64,000 nucleotides of DNA from an uncultured Oscillospiraceae bacterium (lineage in GTDB: Bacteria > Bacillota > Clostridia > Oscillospirales > Oscillospiraceae), in assembly GCA_947626845.1 (NCBI GenBank), contig CANQTW010000009.1:1850-65849 (forward strand), read 5' to 3'. The notes beneath the pieces are model-generated. The model saw only the letters and a program-made list of their open reading frames with translations. It did not search any database and had not been told where the DNA came from. Of the stretch, positions 9,604-19,697 are shown one piece after another. How positions within the stretch are numbered: position 1 is the stretch's first letter; the number at the start of each line of letters is the position of its first letter. The translations under genes and the position numbers were made by a program.

Positions 9604-10770
9604 TCAACGGGCTTTTTCAATGTCCTCTTTGAAAACGACGGTCAGGTCCCGCTCGTCGATATCGGGGTCGGCGGCGATTCGGTCCGCGTGGACGCCGATA
9701 ACGTTTTCAAAGATATTGCGCACGTCACGGGCGTTGCCGAAGTTTGGCCCGCGGTTCTCGTAAAGCTCCGAAAAGAGCTTTTTGGCGTACTCCTGGGCCT
9801 CCACGGTCAGCTTATAGCTGTTCTTTTTGCACATGGACAGGAAAATCTGATAAAGCTCCTCGCCGTTGTAATCGTCAAAGACGAAATACCGGTTGAAGCG
9901 GGACTCCAAACCCGGATTGGAACTGATGAACTGCTCCATCAGCTCCTCGTACCCGGCCACGATCACCACTAAGTCCTTGCGGTTGTCCTCCATGCCCTTC
10001 AGGACCGTCTCGATGGCCTCCCGCCCGAAGTCGTTCTCACCGGTGTTGGCGGCGAGCGAGTAGGCCTCGTCGATAAAGAGCACGCCGCCGATGGCCTTTT
10101 TGATGGCCTCGTCGGTCTTGATGGCCGTCTGGCCCACAAACCCCGCCACTAATCCTGAGCGGTCCACCTCGATGAGCTGCCCCTTGGAGAGCACCCCGAT
10201 GGCGTAGTAGAGCTGGGCGATGAGCCGCGCAACCGTGGTCTTGCCCGTGCCGGGATTGCCCATGAACACCAGATGCAGGCTCATGGCCGGTGTGGGCAGG
10301 TCGTGCTCCTCCCGCAGCTTGCGCACCTTGGCCAGGTTGATAAGGCTCCGGACGTTCTTCTTGATATCCTCCAGCCCCACCAGCTCGTCAAGCTCCGCCA
10401 AAAGCTTGTCCAGGTCGGGCTTTTCCGGACTCTTCTCCGCCTCGGTCTTGGGGGCGTCCGGCCCCAGAGCCCCGCCCTTCCGCTCCATCTCCTTCAAAAG
10501 CTGATCCGCCGCCTTCTTGGCCTCGTCCATGGAGCTCTGCAACGGCTCGAAGTTGATGGGCTCCACGCCCGCCTTATCGGGAGTGGAGACCTTGGGCGCG
10601 GCGGGTTTCTTCTCCTCCGGCTTCACCGTGGAGCCGAAGCCCGTCAGGGATACCGCCAGCTCGTCCTTTAAGCGCTTGATGTCGTCCAGATAGGAGGACG
10701 CGGGACGGAGATTAAAGGCGTTGAAATCGATATTCGTGCCGTAGGTCTTGGGCTTTTTTCTGTCAGCCAT
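9604..10770 (-). CDS. AAA+ ATPase of the SpoVK/CbxX family
   Basis: Walker A GNPGTGKTT, Walker B VLFIDEAY, and a CbxX/SpoVK-type C-terminal region. A long K/E/P-rich N-terminal linker precedes the ATPase. Confidence 0.8.
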   Translation of the reverse strand: MADRKKPKTYGTNIDFNAFNLRPASSYLDDIKRLKDELAVSLTGFGSTVKPEEKKPAAPKVSTPDKAGVEPINFEPLQSSMDEAKKAADQLLKEMERKGGALGPDAPKTEAEKSPEKPDLDKLLAELDELVGLEDIKKNVRSLINLAKVRKLREEHDLPTPAMSLHLVFMGNPGTGKTTVARLIAQLYYAIGVLSKGQLIEVDRSGLVAGFVGQTAIKTDEAIKKAIGGVLFIDEAYSLAANTGENDFGREAIETVLKGMEDNRKDLVVIVAGYEELMEQFISSNPGLESRFNRYFVFDDYNGEELYQIFLSMCKKNSYKLTVEAQEYAKKLFSELYENRGPNFGNARDVRNIFENVIGVHADRIAADPDIDERDLTVVFKEDIEKAR

Positions 10771-10823
10771 GCCATCACCTCATGGGGGCGTAAAAAATAA
10801 TTAAAAATATTTCAAAATAATGC

Positions 10824-10852
10824 TTGACAAATACTTTTCTATGTGGTATAAT
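10824..10852 (+). promoter_or_regulatory. orphan near-consensus promoter A (no downstream plus-strand gene)
   Basis: TTGACA - 17 nt - TGgTATAAT with an A/T-rich UP-like tract upstream. Confidence 0.55.
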
Positions 10853-10918
10853 ACATAAAGTCCGGTAAACTGAGCCGAACTATGCGGCGTTTTTTTCCTT
10901 TGCGCGGGCGGGTAAAAA

Positions 10919-12340
<1,422 letters not shown>

Positions 12341-12351
12341 AAAGTTACCTC

Positions 12352-13107
12352 TTATTTTCTCACAACGATAAGCTGTGTGGAATGCAAATAGGATGACGTG
12401 AACGCCACCGCCTGGTTGGTGGGGTCGGCGGCGATGCGCCCGATGGCAAAGACGGTCTTGCCGCTCTCGGCCATATAGAGCAGGATATCCGGCGCCACCA
12501 CGTTAAAGACAGGCTCCAGCTCCAGCCGGTGGGCCAGCGCCCGCACCACGTCCACCTCGATGCCCGCCAGGTTCCCGTTTTCGTCGTAGAAGGCGTAGGG
12601 GTACACGTCGGCGCTGATGGCCACCGTGATCTGCTCATAGTCGTTTTCCACCGTGTACTCCCCCGTGCCGCGGCCTCTCTCCCATCTGTCAATGATGGAG
12701 GCAAGCTGGCCAGACGCCCGCAGAATGATCATGGCGTTCTCCAGATTCTCGATCATCAGGCGGTTCTCAATGGAGACGGGGATGGCGTAGTCATCGTCGG
12801 CAAAGGGTTCGTCCAGGGTGGTAAGGCCGGAACGGGCCACGTCGCCGGCGTCCTCGGAGCTTACAAGGGCGCAGTCCACAGCGCCGCTGCGCAGCTCGTT
12901 TGCCAGGGAGCGCGGGTCCTCATAGGTCCTGATCGTCGCCCTGCCAAAGGCCGTCATATACGCCTCGGAGAGGCTCCCGTCCAGGACGCCCACCACCTTT
13001 CCCGCCATATCCGCGGCGGAATGGACCTGGTTGGCGGGGCCCCGATGACAGGCGGAAAGGGAGCATATCCATAAAACCGCTAAAGCGGCGGCAAGTATCT
13101 TTCTCAT
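12352..13107 (-). CDS. lipoprotein, family-3 solute-binding protein with swapped lobe order
   Basis: Lipobox LSAC. The N-terminal half aligns to the C-terminal half of GlnH-type SBPs and vice versa. The stop lies 11 nt upstream of the asnS start. Confidence 0.75.
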   Translation of the reverse strand: MRKILAAALAVLWICSLSACHRGPANQVHSAADMAGKVVGVLDGSLSEAYMTAFGRATIRTYEDPRSLANELRSGAVDCALVSSEDAGDVARSGLTTLDEPFADDDYAIPVSIENRLMIENLENAMIILRASGQLASIIDRWERGRGTGEYTVENDYEQITVAISADVYPYAFYDENGNLAGIEVDVVRALAHRLELEPVFNVVAPDILLYMAESGKTVFAIGRIAADPTNQAVAFTSSYLHSTQLIVVRK

Positions 13108-13159
13108 AGTTTTCCCACATTTCCCATGTGTTGTGTCACGGTTCAAAATCCAAGTTACT

Positions 13160-13188
13160 ATTATATGTGATTTTAACAAACTCTGCAA
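13160..13188 (-). promoter_or_regulatory. promoter of the SBP-asnS operon
   Basis: Minus strand: TTGCAG - 17 nt - TATAAT. Confidence 0.5.
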
Positions 13189-13316
13189 CAGGTAAAATGA
13201 AAATATTTTTTAAAGATCGTCCGATCCCGCCTCAACTATGTACCGGCGGGCATACTCCCGCCGGAGGGCATATCCAAATACCGATAATAACGATAAAGTT
13301 CCCGCCGGAGGAGCCG

Positions 13317-15644
13317 TCACGCCCTCTCCGTTTCCTCACGCTTTTCCAGAGAACGCATCAGCGCCTCCGCCCCGCAGGCCAGCTCGTCGGCGGTCTCCCT
13401 GTTCACCGCCTCGGCCTGCACGCGCATGGCTCCGCCGTCAAAGGTTGGGGCAAAGCGGACGCGCCCGCGGCTCGTTGTGAGCGCCAGGCCTCCGGACAGC
13501 TCCGCCGCCGTCTCCGCGCTTTCCGCCCGCAGAAGCTCCATGGCCCTGGCTCTGGACAGGGACAGCTCCACCCGCCGTTCCGCCGTCTCAAAGGGCGGCA
13601 GATCGTCATAGAGGGCGGCAAGCTCCGTCTTTTCCCCGGCCATCACGGAGGCGATCAGGGCGACGCTCACCGCTCCGTCCCGAAGCCAGCGCTGTTTTTC
13701 CCAGAGCTTTTCCCATCCGTCGCTTTGGGCGGGTACAAGCGTACAGCCGTACCGGGCGGCCAGGCGCTCCGCGGCGGCGGGCAGCTCGCGGGGCGCGGCC
13801 AGAGGCGAAAGCTTCAGCCGCATGGCCGCCAGCGCCGCCGCGGCCAGACCGTGGCGGATATCCAGCTCCCTGCCCCGCTCGTCCCTGGCCTCAAAGGCAA
13901 AACCCCCTGGCAAAAGGGAGAAGGAGGCCGTGCCGGGCCTTACCTTGCCCACCGTGAAGCCAAGGCCGGCCAGAACGCACCGCAGCGTCCTGTTTTCCGC
14001 GTCCCGGCCCGTCACCGCCACGGTGACATGGGAGGGAGTCCCCACGGCCTTGCGCACCGTCTCGACGATCCCGGAGATATACGCCCTGGCGGCGCCGGAG
14101 ACGTTGGAGACGCCGCCGGTCTCCGGCGCCTGGCGGGGCCGCTCGCCGGTGATCACGGCCTCTAACTTTCGCCGTCTTTCTGTGCCGATGGCCGTCCCGG
14201 CGCCCGTGAGGAAGGTGACCGTGATCTCCTCCCCCGCCTGCCGCACGAAGGCGGCGGCGGACAGGGCGAAAAGCCCTGAAACGCCCGCAAGCTGGGCCTC
14301 GAAGCCCGCGTCCAGCCGGACGGCCTCGCCGCCGGAGGCCGTGACGCCGCACATGAGGGCGTCGGCCATGAGCCGCGCCCCGTTCCCGCCGGTGTAGGCC
14401 ACGCCCACTCTGGCGTTCTTCCCCAGCTCCGCGCCCAGGGAGAGGACCGTCTCCGGCGTCATGGACGTGCCCAGACTGCCCCGCAGGGTGCTGTCGGAGG
14501 TGAATTTCGCCGGCTCCGCAGGAGTCTCCCCTGTGATGCTTCTGGACACCCTTCGCCCCGCGGCCACATGCCTGTCCGTCCATATCCGCACGCCGGGGGC
14601 CAGTACGCAGTTGTCGCCGATGTGGGCGCCGTCCCCCACGACACATTCCCTGGCGACGCTCGCGCCCGCGCCGATCCTGGCGTCCCGGCCCACGACGGCC
14701 CCGTCCACGACACAGCCCCGGTCCACCCAGGCGCCGTTGATGACGCTGTTTTTGATCCGTGAGTCCTTGCCCACATGGGAGCCCTGGGAGAGCACGGCGT
14801 TGGGCCCCAGCTCCGCCCCCGCTTCCACGGAGCATCCCTCCCCCACGTACACCGGCGCGGTCAGCTTCACGCCGTCCAGGGGCACATTGGAAAAGACGCC
14901 GGGGCCGATCTCCGGAGCCTTCAGGTCGATGCCGATCCTGCCGGCGACAGCGTCCACACAGCACCGGCGGTACGCCTCCGGGGAGCCTATATCGCACCAG
15001 TAGCTTCTGGCCGGCGTGGCGTAAAGGCGTCGGCCCTCCCGCAAAAGCCTTGGAAACAGCTCCTTGCCGAAGTCGTAGGGCTTTCCCTCCGGGATCATTT
15101 CCACCACCTCCGGGGAGAGGATATAGATGCCGGTGTTCACCATGCCGGTGACGACCCTGTCCCAGGAGGGCTTTTCGGAAAAGGCGGTGACCCGTCCGTC
15201 AGGCTCGGCGATCACCAGACCGAAGCGGGTGGGCTCGGCGTGCTCAAAAAGGGCGATGACCGCCTCGGCCTTGCGCTTTTGATAAAACTCCAGCAGAAGG
15301 CGCAGGTCAAAGTTGCATACCGCGTCGCCGGAGAGGATCAGCGCCTCCTCGTCCCCGATGAAGTCCCGACAGGCGCGGACGCCTCCGGCGGTGCCCAACG
15401 GCTCCGATTCGACCCGGTGGGTGATGCGCACGCCGAATTTTTCCCCGTCGCCGAACCAGTCCCTGATCTGGCCCGGAAGATACCGCAGTGTAAAGCAGAT
15501 GTCCCGGACCCCGTTGGCCTTCAAAAGCTCCACCGTCCGTTCCAGCACCGGACGTCCCAACAGCTCCACCATGGGCTTGGGCCGTCCCTCTGTCAGAGGC
15601 CGCAGTCTTGTCCCCTCGCCTCCCGCCATGACGATTGCTTTCAT
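13317..15644 (-). CDS. sugar-phosphate nucleotidyltransferase fused to left-handed beta-helix and degenerate phosphohexomutase-like domains
   Basis: N-terminus MAGGEGTRLRPLT (NTP_transferase), followed by hexapeptide repeats. The C-terminal PGM/PMM-like region lacks TASHNP and DGDxDR. Confidence 0.8.
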   Translation of the reverse strand: MKAIVMAGGEGTRLRPLTEGRPKPMVELLGRPVLERTVELLKANGVRDICFTLRYLPGQIRDWFGDGEKFGVRITHRVESEPLGTAGGVRACRDFIGDEEALILSGDAVCNFDLRLLLEFYQKRKAEAVIALFEHAEPTRFGLVIAEPDGRVTAFSEKPSWDRVVTGMVNTGIYILSPEVVEMIPEGKPYDFGKELFPRLLREGRRLYATPARSYWCDIGSPEAYRRCCVDAVAGRIGIDLKAPEIGPGVFSNVPLDGVKLTAPVYVGEGCSVEAGAELGPNAVLSQGSHVGKDSRIKNSVINGAWVDRGCVVDGAVVGRDARIGAGASVARECVVGDGAHIGDNCVLAPGVRIWTDRHVAAGRRVSRSITGETPAEPAKFTSDSTLRGSLGTSMTPETVLSLGAELGKNARVGVAYTGGNGARLMADALMCGVTASGGEAVRLDAGFEAQLAGVSGLFALSAAAFVRQAGEEITVTFLTGAGTAIGTERRRKLEAVITGERPRQAPETGGVSNVSGAARAYISGIVETVRKAVGTPSHVTVAVTGRDAENRTLRCVLAGLGFTVGKVRPGTASFSLLPGGFAFEARDERGRELDIRHGLAAAALAAMRLKLSPLAAPRELPAAAERLAARYGCTLVPAQSDGWEKLWEKQRWLRDGAVSVALIASVMAGEKTELAALYDDLPPFETAERRVELSLSRARAMELLRAESAETAAELSGGLALTTSRGRVRFAPTFDGGAMRVQAEAVNRETADELACGAEALMRSLEKREETERA

Positions 15645-15728
15645 ATCTTTCTCCCCCGTTTCTTTTTTCTCTTTTCCGCAGGTTCAATTATCTTTTCCGG
15701 GGAATAAAAATAATTTGCGTTTTTAGTA

Positions 15729-15757
15729 TTGTTAATAGAAGAAAAGTTTGGTATAAT
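15729..15757 (+). promoter_or_regulatory. promoter of gdpP-rplI-dnaB
   Basis: TTGTTA - 17 nt - TGgTATAAT. Confidence 0.55.
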
Positions 15758-15800
15758 GATGTTGTATGTGCAAAAAATTCCGTAAGCGAGGGGGCGAACC

Positions 15801-17816
15801 ATGAACCGAAAGATAAAGAGCCTGTTGAGCTCCAACACCCATCTCTTTGTGGCGACGCTGGTGCTGTTTGCCATTGCCACCTTTTTCTTCGGAGAATATT
15901 CCCTGTGGCTGACCCTGGCGGAGGCGGCGGTGATTGCGATTTTGCTGGTCTACACCAGGATCAGTTCCCGTCGCAAGAGCCGTGAAATGCTGAAATACAT
16001 CGAATCCGTCACGGCCAATATCGACAACGCCAATAAAAATACCCTTCAGAATTTCCCCTTCCCCATGGTCACCTTCACCCTGGAGGAAAACGAGATCATC
16101 TACGCCAACCAGCAGTTTCTGGAGGTGGCCGGCGAGCGGGAGCGGCTTCTGGCCATCACCATCTCCTCCATCGTGCCCGGCTTTTCCGCCCGGTGGCTGA
16201 TGGAGGGCAAGAACGAGTACCCGGAGCTTGTGACCATGAACGGCAGGCGCTTTCGGGTCTTCGGGAACCTGGTCCGTGGGGCCGACGCGCCGGGGGTCAA
16301 AAATTTCATCGCCACCACCTACTGGGTGGACGAGACGGAATACGCCGAGATCACCGAGGAATTTGTCTCCTCCCGTCCGGTGTTCTGCATCATCATGCTG
16401 GATAACTACGACGAGTTCACCTCCGGCATGAGCGAGAAGGACAAGTCGCTCCTGATCTCCTCCATAGACGACAAGCTCACCGGCTGGGTCAAGGACAAGG
16501 GCGGCTACATCACCCGCTCAGACCGGGACCGGTACATCTTCATCTGTGAGGAGCGGTATCTCCAGAGCTTTGTGGACGCCAAGTTCTCCATTCTGGACTC
16601 CATCCGGGAGCTCAGCACCCCCAAGGGGATGCACCCCACCATCAGCATCGGCGTGGGCGTGGAGGGACGGCATCTGGAGGAGTCCTACCAGTACGCCGCG
16701 CTGGCGCTGGAGATGGCCCTCTCCAGGGGCGGCGACCAGGCGGTCATCAAAAACCGCTACAACTTTGAGTTTTACGGCGGCAAGACAAGCCAGGCGGAGA
16801 AGCGCACCAAGGTCAAATCCCGCGTCATGGCAAGCTCCCTCTCCGAGCTTATGCGTTCCGCCTCCATGATCTTTATCATGGGCCACAAATACGCCGATCT
16901 TGACTCCGTAGGCTCCGCCGTGGGCCTGTGCTGCGCCGCCAGGAGCCTGGGCAAGCAGGCGCGCATCGTCATCAACATGGAGACGCAGGTATCCCAGCAG
17001 CTCATCGACAGGGTCCTCCGGCAGCCGGAGTACAACAACGTGTTCATCGACCCCCAGGACGCCCTTCTGGCTATGGACGGCTCCACGCTCCTCATTATCG
17101 TGGACACCAACCGGCCCGATCAGGTGGAGTCGGAGTCCCTGCTCCAGTCCTGCAACCGGGTGGCGGTCATCGACCACCACCGCAGGGCGGCGGACTACAT
17201 CCAGAACGTGGCCCTCAGCTTCCACGAGCCCTACGCCTCCTCCGCCTCGGAGCTGGTCACGGAGCTTCTGCAATACATGGTGGAGCAGTCCGACATCCTG
17301 CGCATCGAGGCGGAATCCCTGCTGGCCGGCATCGTGCTGGACACCAAGAATTTCACCTTGCGCACCGGCGGGCGCACCTTTGACGCGGCGGCTTTCCTGC
17401 GACGGGCGGGAGCGGACACCTCGGACGTGAAGCACCTGCTCCAGTCCGATTTCGCCTCCGCCGTGGCCAAATACTCCATCGTCCAGAAGGCGAAAATCTA
17501 CAAGGCCGGCATCGCCATCGCCGTGGCCGAGAACGTCCAAAGCAAGGTCACGGCGGCCCAGGCGGCGGATGAGCTTTTGAATATCTCTGGCATCCAGGCG
17601 TCCTTTGTGCTGTTCCCCATGGATGAGAAGGTCAATATCTCCGCCAGGAGCCTGGGGGACATCAACGTACAGGTCATCGTGGAGCGTCTGGGCGGCGGCG
17701 GCAACAAGTCCACCGCGGGGGCGCAGATCCCCGGCAGGACCATGAAGGAGGTCGTGGAGGACCTGCTCACCGGCATCGACAGATACTTAGAGGACTATTC
17801 CATCGCGGCGGATTGA
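15801..17816 (+). CDS. gdpP: c-di-AMP phosphodiesterase GdpP (DHH/DHHA1, membrane anchored)
   Basis: Two N-terminal TM helices, a PAS-like region, a degenerate GGDEF domain, the DHH motif (IDHHRR) and DHHA1 (GGGGNKSTAG). It sits in the conserved position upstream of rplI-dnaB. Confidence 0.85.
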   Translation: MNRKIKSLLSSNTHLFVATLVLFAIATFFFGEYSLWLTLAEAAVIAILLVYTRISSRRKSREMLKYIESVTANIDNANKNTLQNFPFPMVTFTLEENEIIYANQQFLEVAGERERLLAITISSIVPGFSARWLMEGKNEYPELVTMNGRRFRVFGNLVRGADAPGVKNFIATTYWVDETEYAEITEEFVSSRPVFCIIMLDNYDEFTSGMSEKDKSLLISSIDDKLTGWVKDKGGYITRSDRDRYIFICEERYLQSFVDAKFSILDSIRELSTPKGMHPTISIGVGVEGRHLEESYQYAALALEMALSRGGDQAVIKNRYNFEFYGGKTSQAEKRTKVKSRVMASSLSELMRSASMIFIMGHKYADLDSVGSAVGLCCAARSLGKQARIVINMETQVSQQLIDRVLRQPEYNNVFIDPQDALLAMDGSTLLIIVDTNRPDQVESESLLQSCNRVAVIDHHRRAADYIQNVALSFHEPYASSASELVTELLQYMVEQSDILRIEAESLLAGIVLDTKNFTLRTGGRTFDAAAFLRRAGADTSDVKHLLQSDFASAVAKYSIVQKAKIYKAGIAIAVAENVQSKVTAAQAADELLNISGIQASFVLFPMDEKVNISARSLGDINVQVIVERLGGGGNKSTAGAQIPGRTMKEVVEDLLTGIDRYLEDYSIAAD

Positions 17817-17860
17817 GTTCTCCGCCGTATGTTCAAACCACAAAGAAAGGATCAGTTACT

Positions 17861-18310
17861 ATGAAAGTCATTTTACAGCAGGACGTGCGCGATCACGGCA
17901 AGAAGGGGCAGATGGTGGAGGTTTCCGACGGCTACGCCCGCAACTACCTCTTCCCCCGAAAGCTGGCCGTCCCCGCCACGGCGGACGCGGTCAACACCAT
18001 GAAGCTGAAGGAGAAGGCCCGCCTGCGCCAAATCGAGGAGGAGAAGGCAAAGGCCCTGGAGAACGCCAAAAAGCTGGAATCCCTGGTGGTGAAAATCTCC
18101 GCCAAGGCCGGCGAGGGCGGCAAGCTATTCGGCTCCGTCACCAACAAGGACATCTCCGACGCCCTGAAGCAGCAGTACGATATCGACATTGAGAAGAGCC
18201 GCATCATCATTGCCGACCCCATCAAATCCTACGGCAACTACGAGGTAAAGTGCAAGTTCGGCTATGAAATCTCCGGCACCATCCATTTACTTATTACCGA
18301 AAGCAAATAA
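17861..18310 (+). CDS. rplI: 50S ribosomal protein L9
   Basis: MKVILQQDVRDHGKKGQMVEVSDGYARNYLFPRKLA. Confidence 0.95.
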   Translation: MKVILQQDVRDHGKKGQMVEVSDGYARNYLFPRKLAVPATADAVNTMKLKEKARLRQIEEEKAKALENAKKLESLVVKISAKAGEGGKLFGSVTNKDISDALKQQYDIDIEKSRIIIADPIKSYGNYEVKCKFGYEISGTIHLLITESK

Positions 18311-18356
18311 ACCCGTGTCAGGCGTTGACGCCGCACGTTGAAAGGGGGGATCGACG

Positions 18357-19697
18357 ATGCCCGATTTGATGAGTATGCCCCAGCTGCCCCACGACAATAT
18401 TGCCGAGCAGGCGGTCATCGGCTCCATGCTCTTTGACCCGCGCTGTATCGCGGAGGTGGTGCGTATCCTCAAGGCCGAGGACTTTTACTCCGACCTCAAC
18501 AGGTCGCTCTTTGAGACGATCTACTCCATGTTCATCTACTCCAAGAAGATCGATCCCGTGACCCTGTCGGACCAGCTGAAGCAGAACGGCGCGTACTCCG
18601 ACGAGACCCGCGACTACATCTTCAATATAGTCCAGGTGACCCCCACGTCCCTGAACGTGCTCCAGTACGCCAACATCGTCCGGGACCAGGCCCTGCTGCG
18701 GCGGCTGGCCGAGGCGGGAAGCGATATCAACGCCATCGCCATGGAGGGCCAGGGCGAGGCCGACAAGATCCTGGAGCTCTCCGAGCAGAAAATTTACGAT
18801 ATCCGCCAGGGCCGTGAAAACGGCGGCCTCAAGAAGGTCTCCGAGGTGATGACTACCGTCTATTCCGCCCTGGCCGAGGCCTCCAAAAGCGGACAGAAAA
18901 TCCCCGGCCTCTCCACCGGCCTTGCCGACCTGGACAGCGCCATTATGGGCCTGAACAAATCCGACCTCATCCTGGTGGCGGCCCGACCCGGCATGGGCAA
19001 GACCAGCATCGCCCTGAACATCGCCCTGAACGTGGCCCACAACAGCCCCGTCTCCATCGCCATCTTCTCCCTGGAGATGAGCCGGGCGCAGCTGTGCCGC
19101 AATCTGCTGGCCATGGAGTCCCATGTGGATTTGAAAAAGCTCCAGACCGGACAGCTCAGCACCGGTGACTGGGAGAAGGTCGTCGCCAGCTGCGTGTCCA
19201 TCAGCGATATGAATATCCTCATCGACGAAAACCCCATGCTGACGGTGGCGGATATCTCCGCCGCCTGCAGGCGTGTGGATAACCTGGGCCTTGTCATCGT
19301 GGACTACCTTCAGTTGATGACCTCCGCCGGCGGAAAAAACAAGGCCAACGAGAACCGGCAGACCGTGGTCTCCGAGATCAGCCGTATGCTGAAGATCATG
19401 GCCAAGGACCTGAATGTGCCGGTCATCTGCGCCTCCCAGCTGTCCCGCGCCAACGAGGGGCGGCAGGACAAGCGGCCCATGCTCTCGGACCTCAGGGAGT
19501 CCGGCGCCATCGAGCAGGACGCGGACATCGTGCTGGCCCTCTACCGGGACGACTACTATAACAAGGACTCCGAACGGCCCAACCTGGCCGAGTGCATCGT
19601 CCTCAAAAACCGCCGCGGGGAGACCGGCACGGTGGAGCTGTGCTGGACGCCGGAGTATACCACCTTCTCCTCCCTGGAAAAGCGGTATGACGAATGA
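18357..19697 (+). CDS. dnaB: replicative DNA helicase
   Basis: DnaB N-terminal domain plus RecA-like core (ARPGMGKTS, IVDYLQLM). Confidence 0.95.
   Translation: MPDLMSMPQLPHDNIAEQAVIGSMLFDPRCIAEVVRILKAEDFYSDLNRSLFETIYSMFIYSKKIDPVTLSDQLKQNGAYSDETRDYIFNIVQVTPTSLNVLQYANIVRDQALLRRLAEAGSDINAIAMEGQGEADKILELSEQKIYDIRQGRENGGLKKVSEVMTTVYSALAEASKSGQKIPGLSTGLADLDSAIMGLNKSDLILVAARPGMGKTSIALNIALNVAHNSPVSIAIFSLEMSRAQLCRNLLAMESHVDLKKLQTGQLSTGDWEKVVASCVSISDMNILIDENPMLTVADISAACRRVDNLGLVIVDYLQLMTSAGGKNKANENRQTVVSEISRMLKIMAKDLNVPVICASQLSRANEGRQDKRPMLSDLRESGAIEQDADIVLALYRDDYYNKDSERPNLAECIVLKNRRGETGTVELCWTPEYTTFSSLEKRYDE

Noticed and set aside
13108-13316. T-box leader upstream of the SBP-asnS operon
   Set aside because: The predicted 5' UTR is only about 55 nt. 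There is no specifier loop, no AGAGA/GNUGGNA features, and no T-box (UGGNACC) sequence. The only hairpin present looks like the terminator of the upstream gene.
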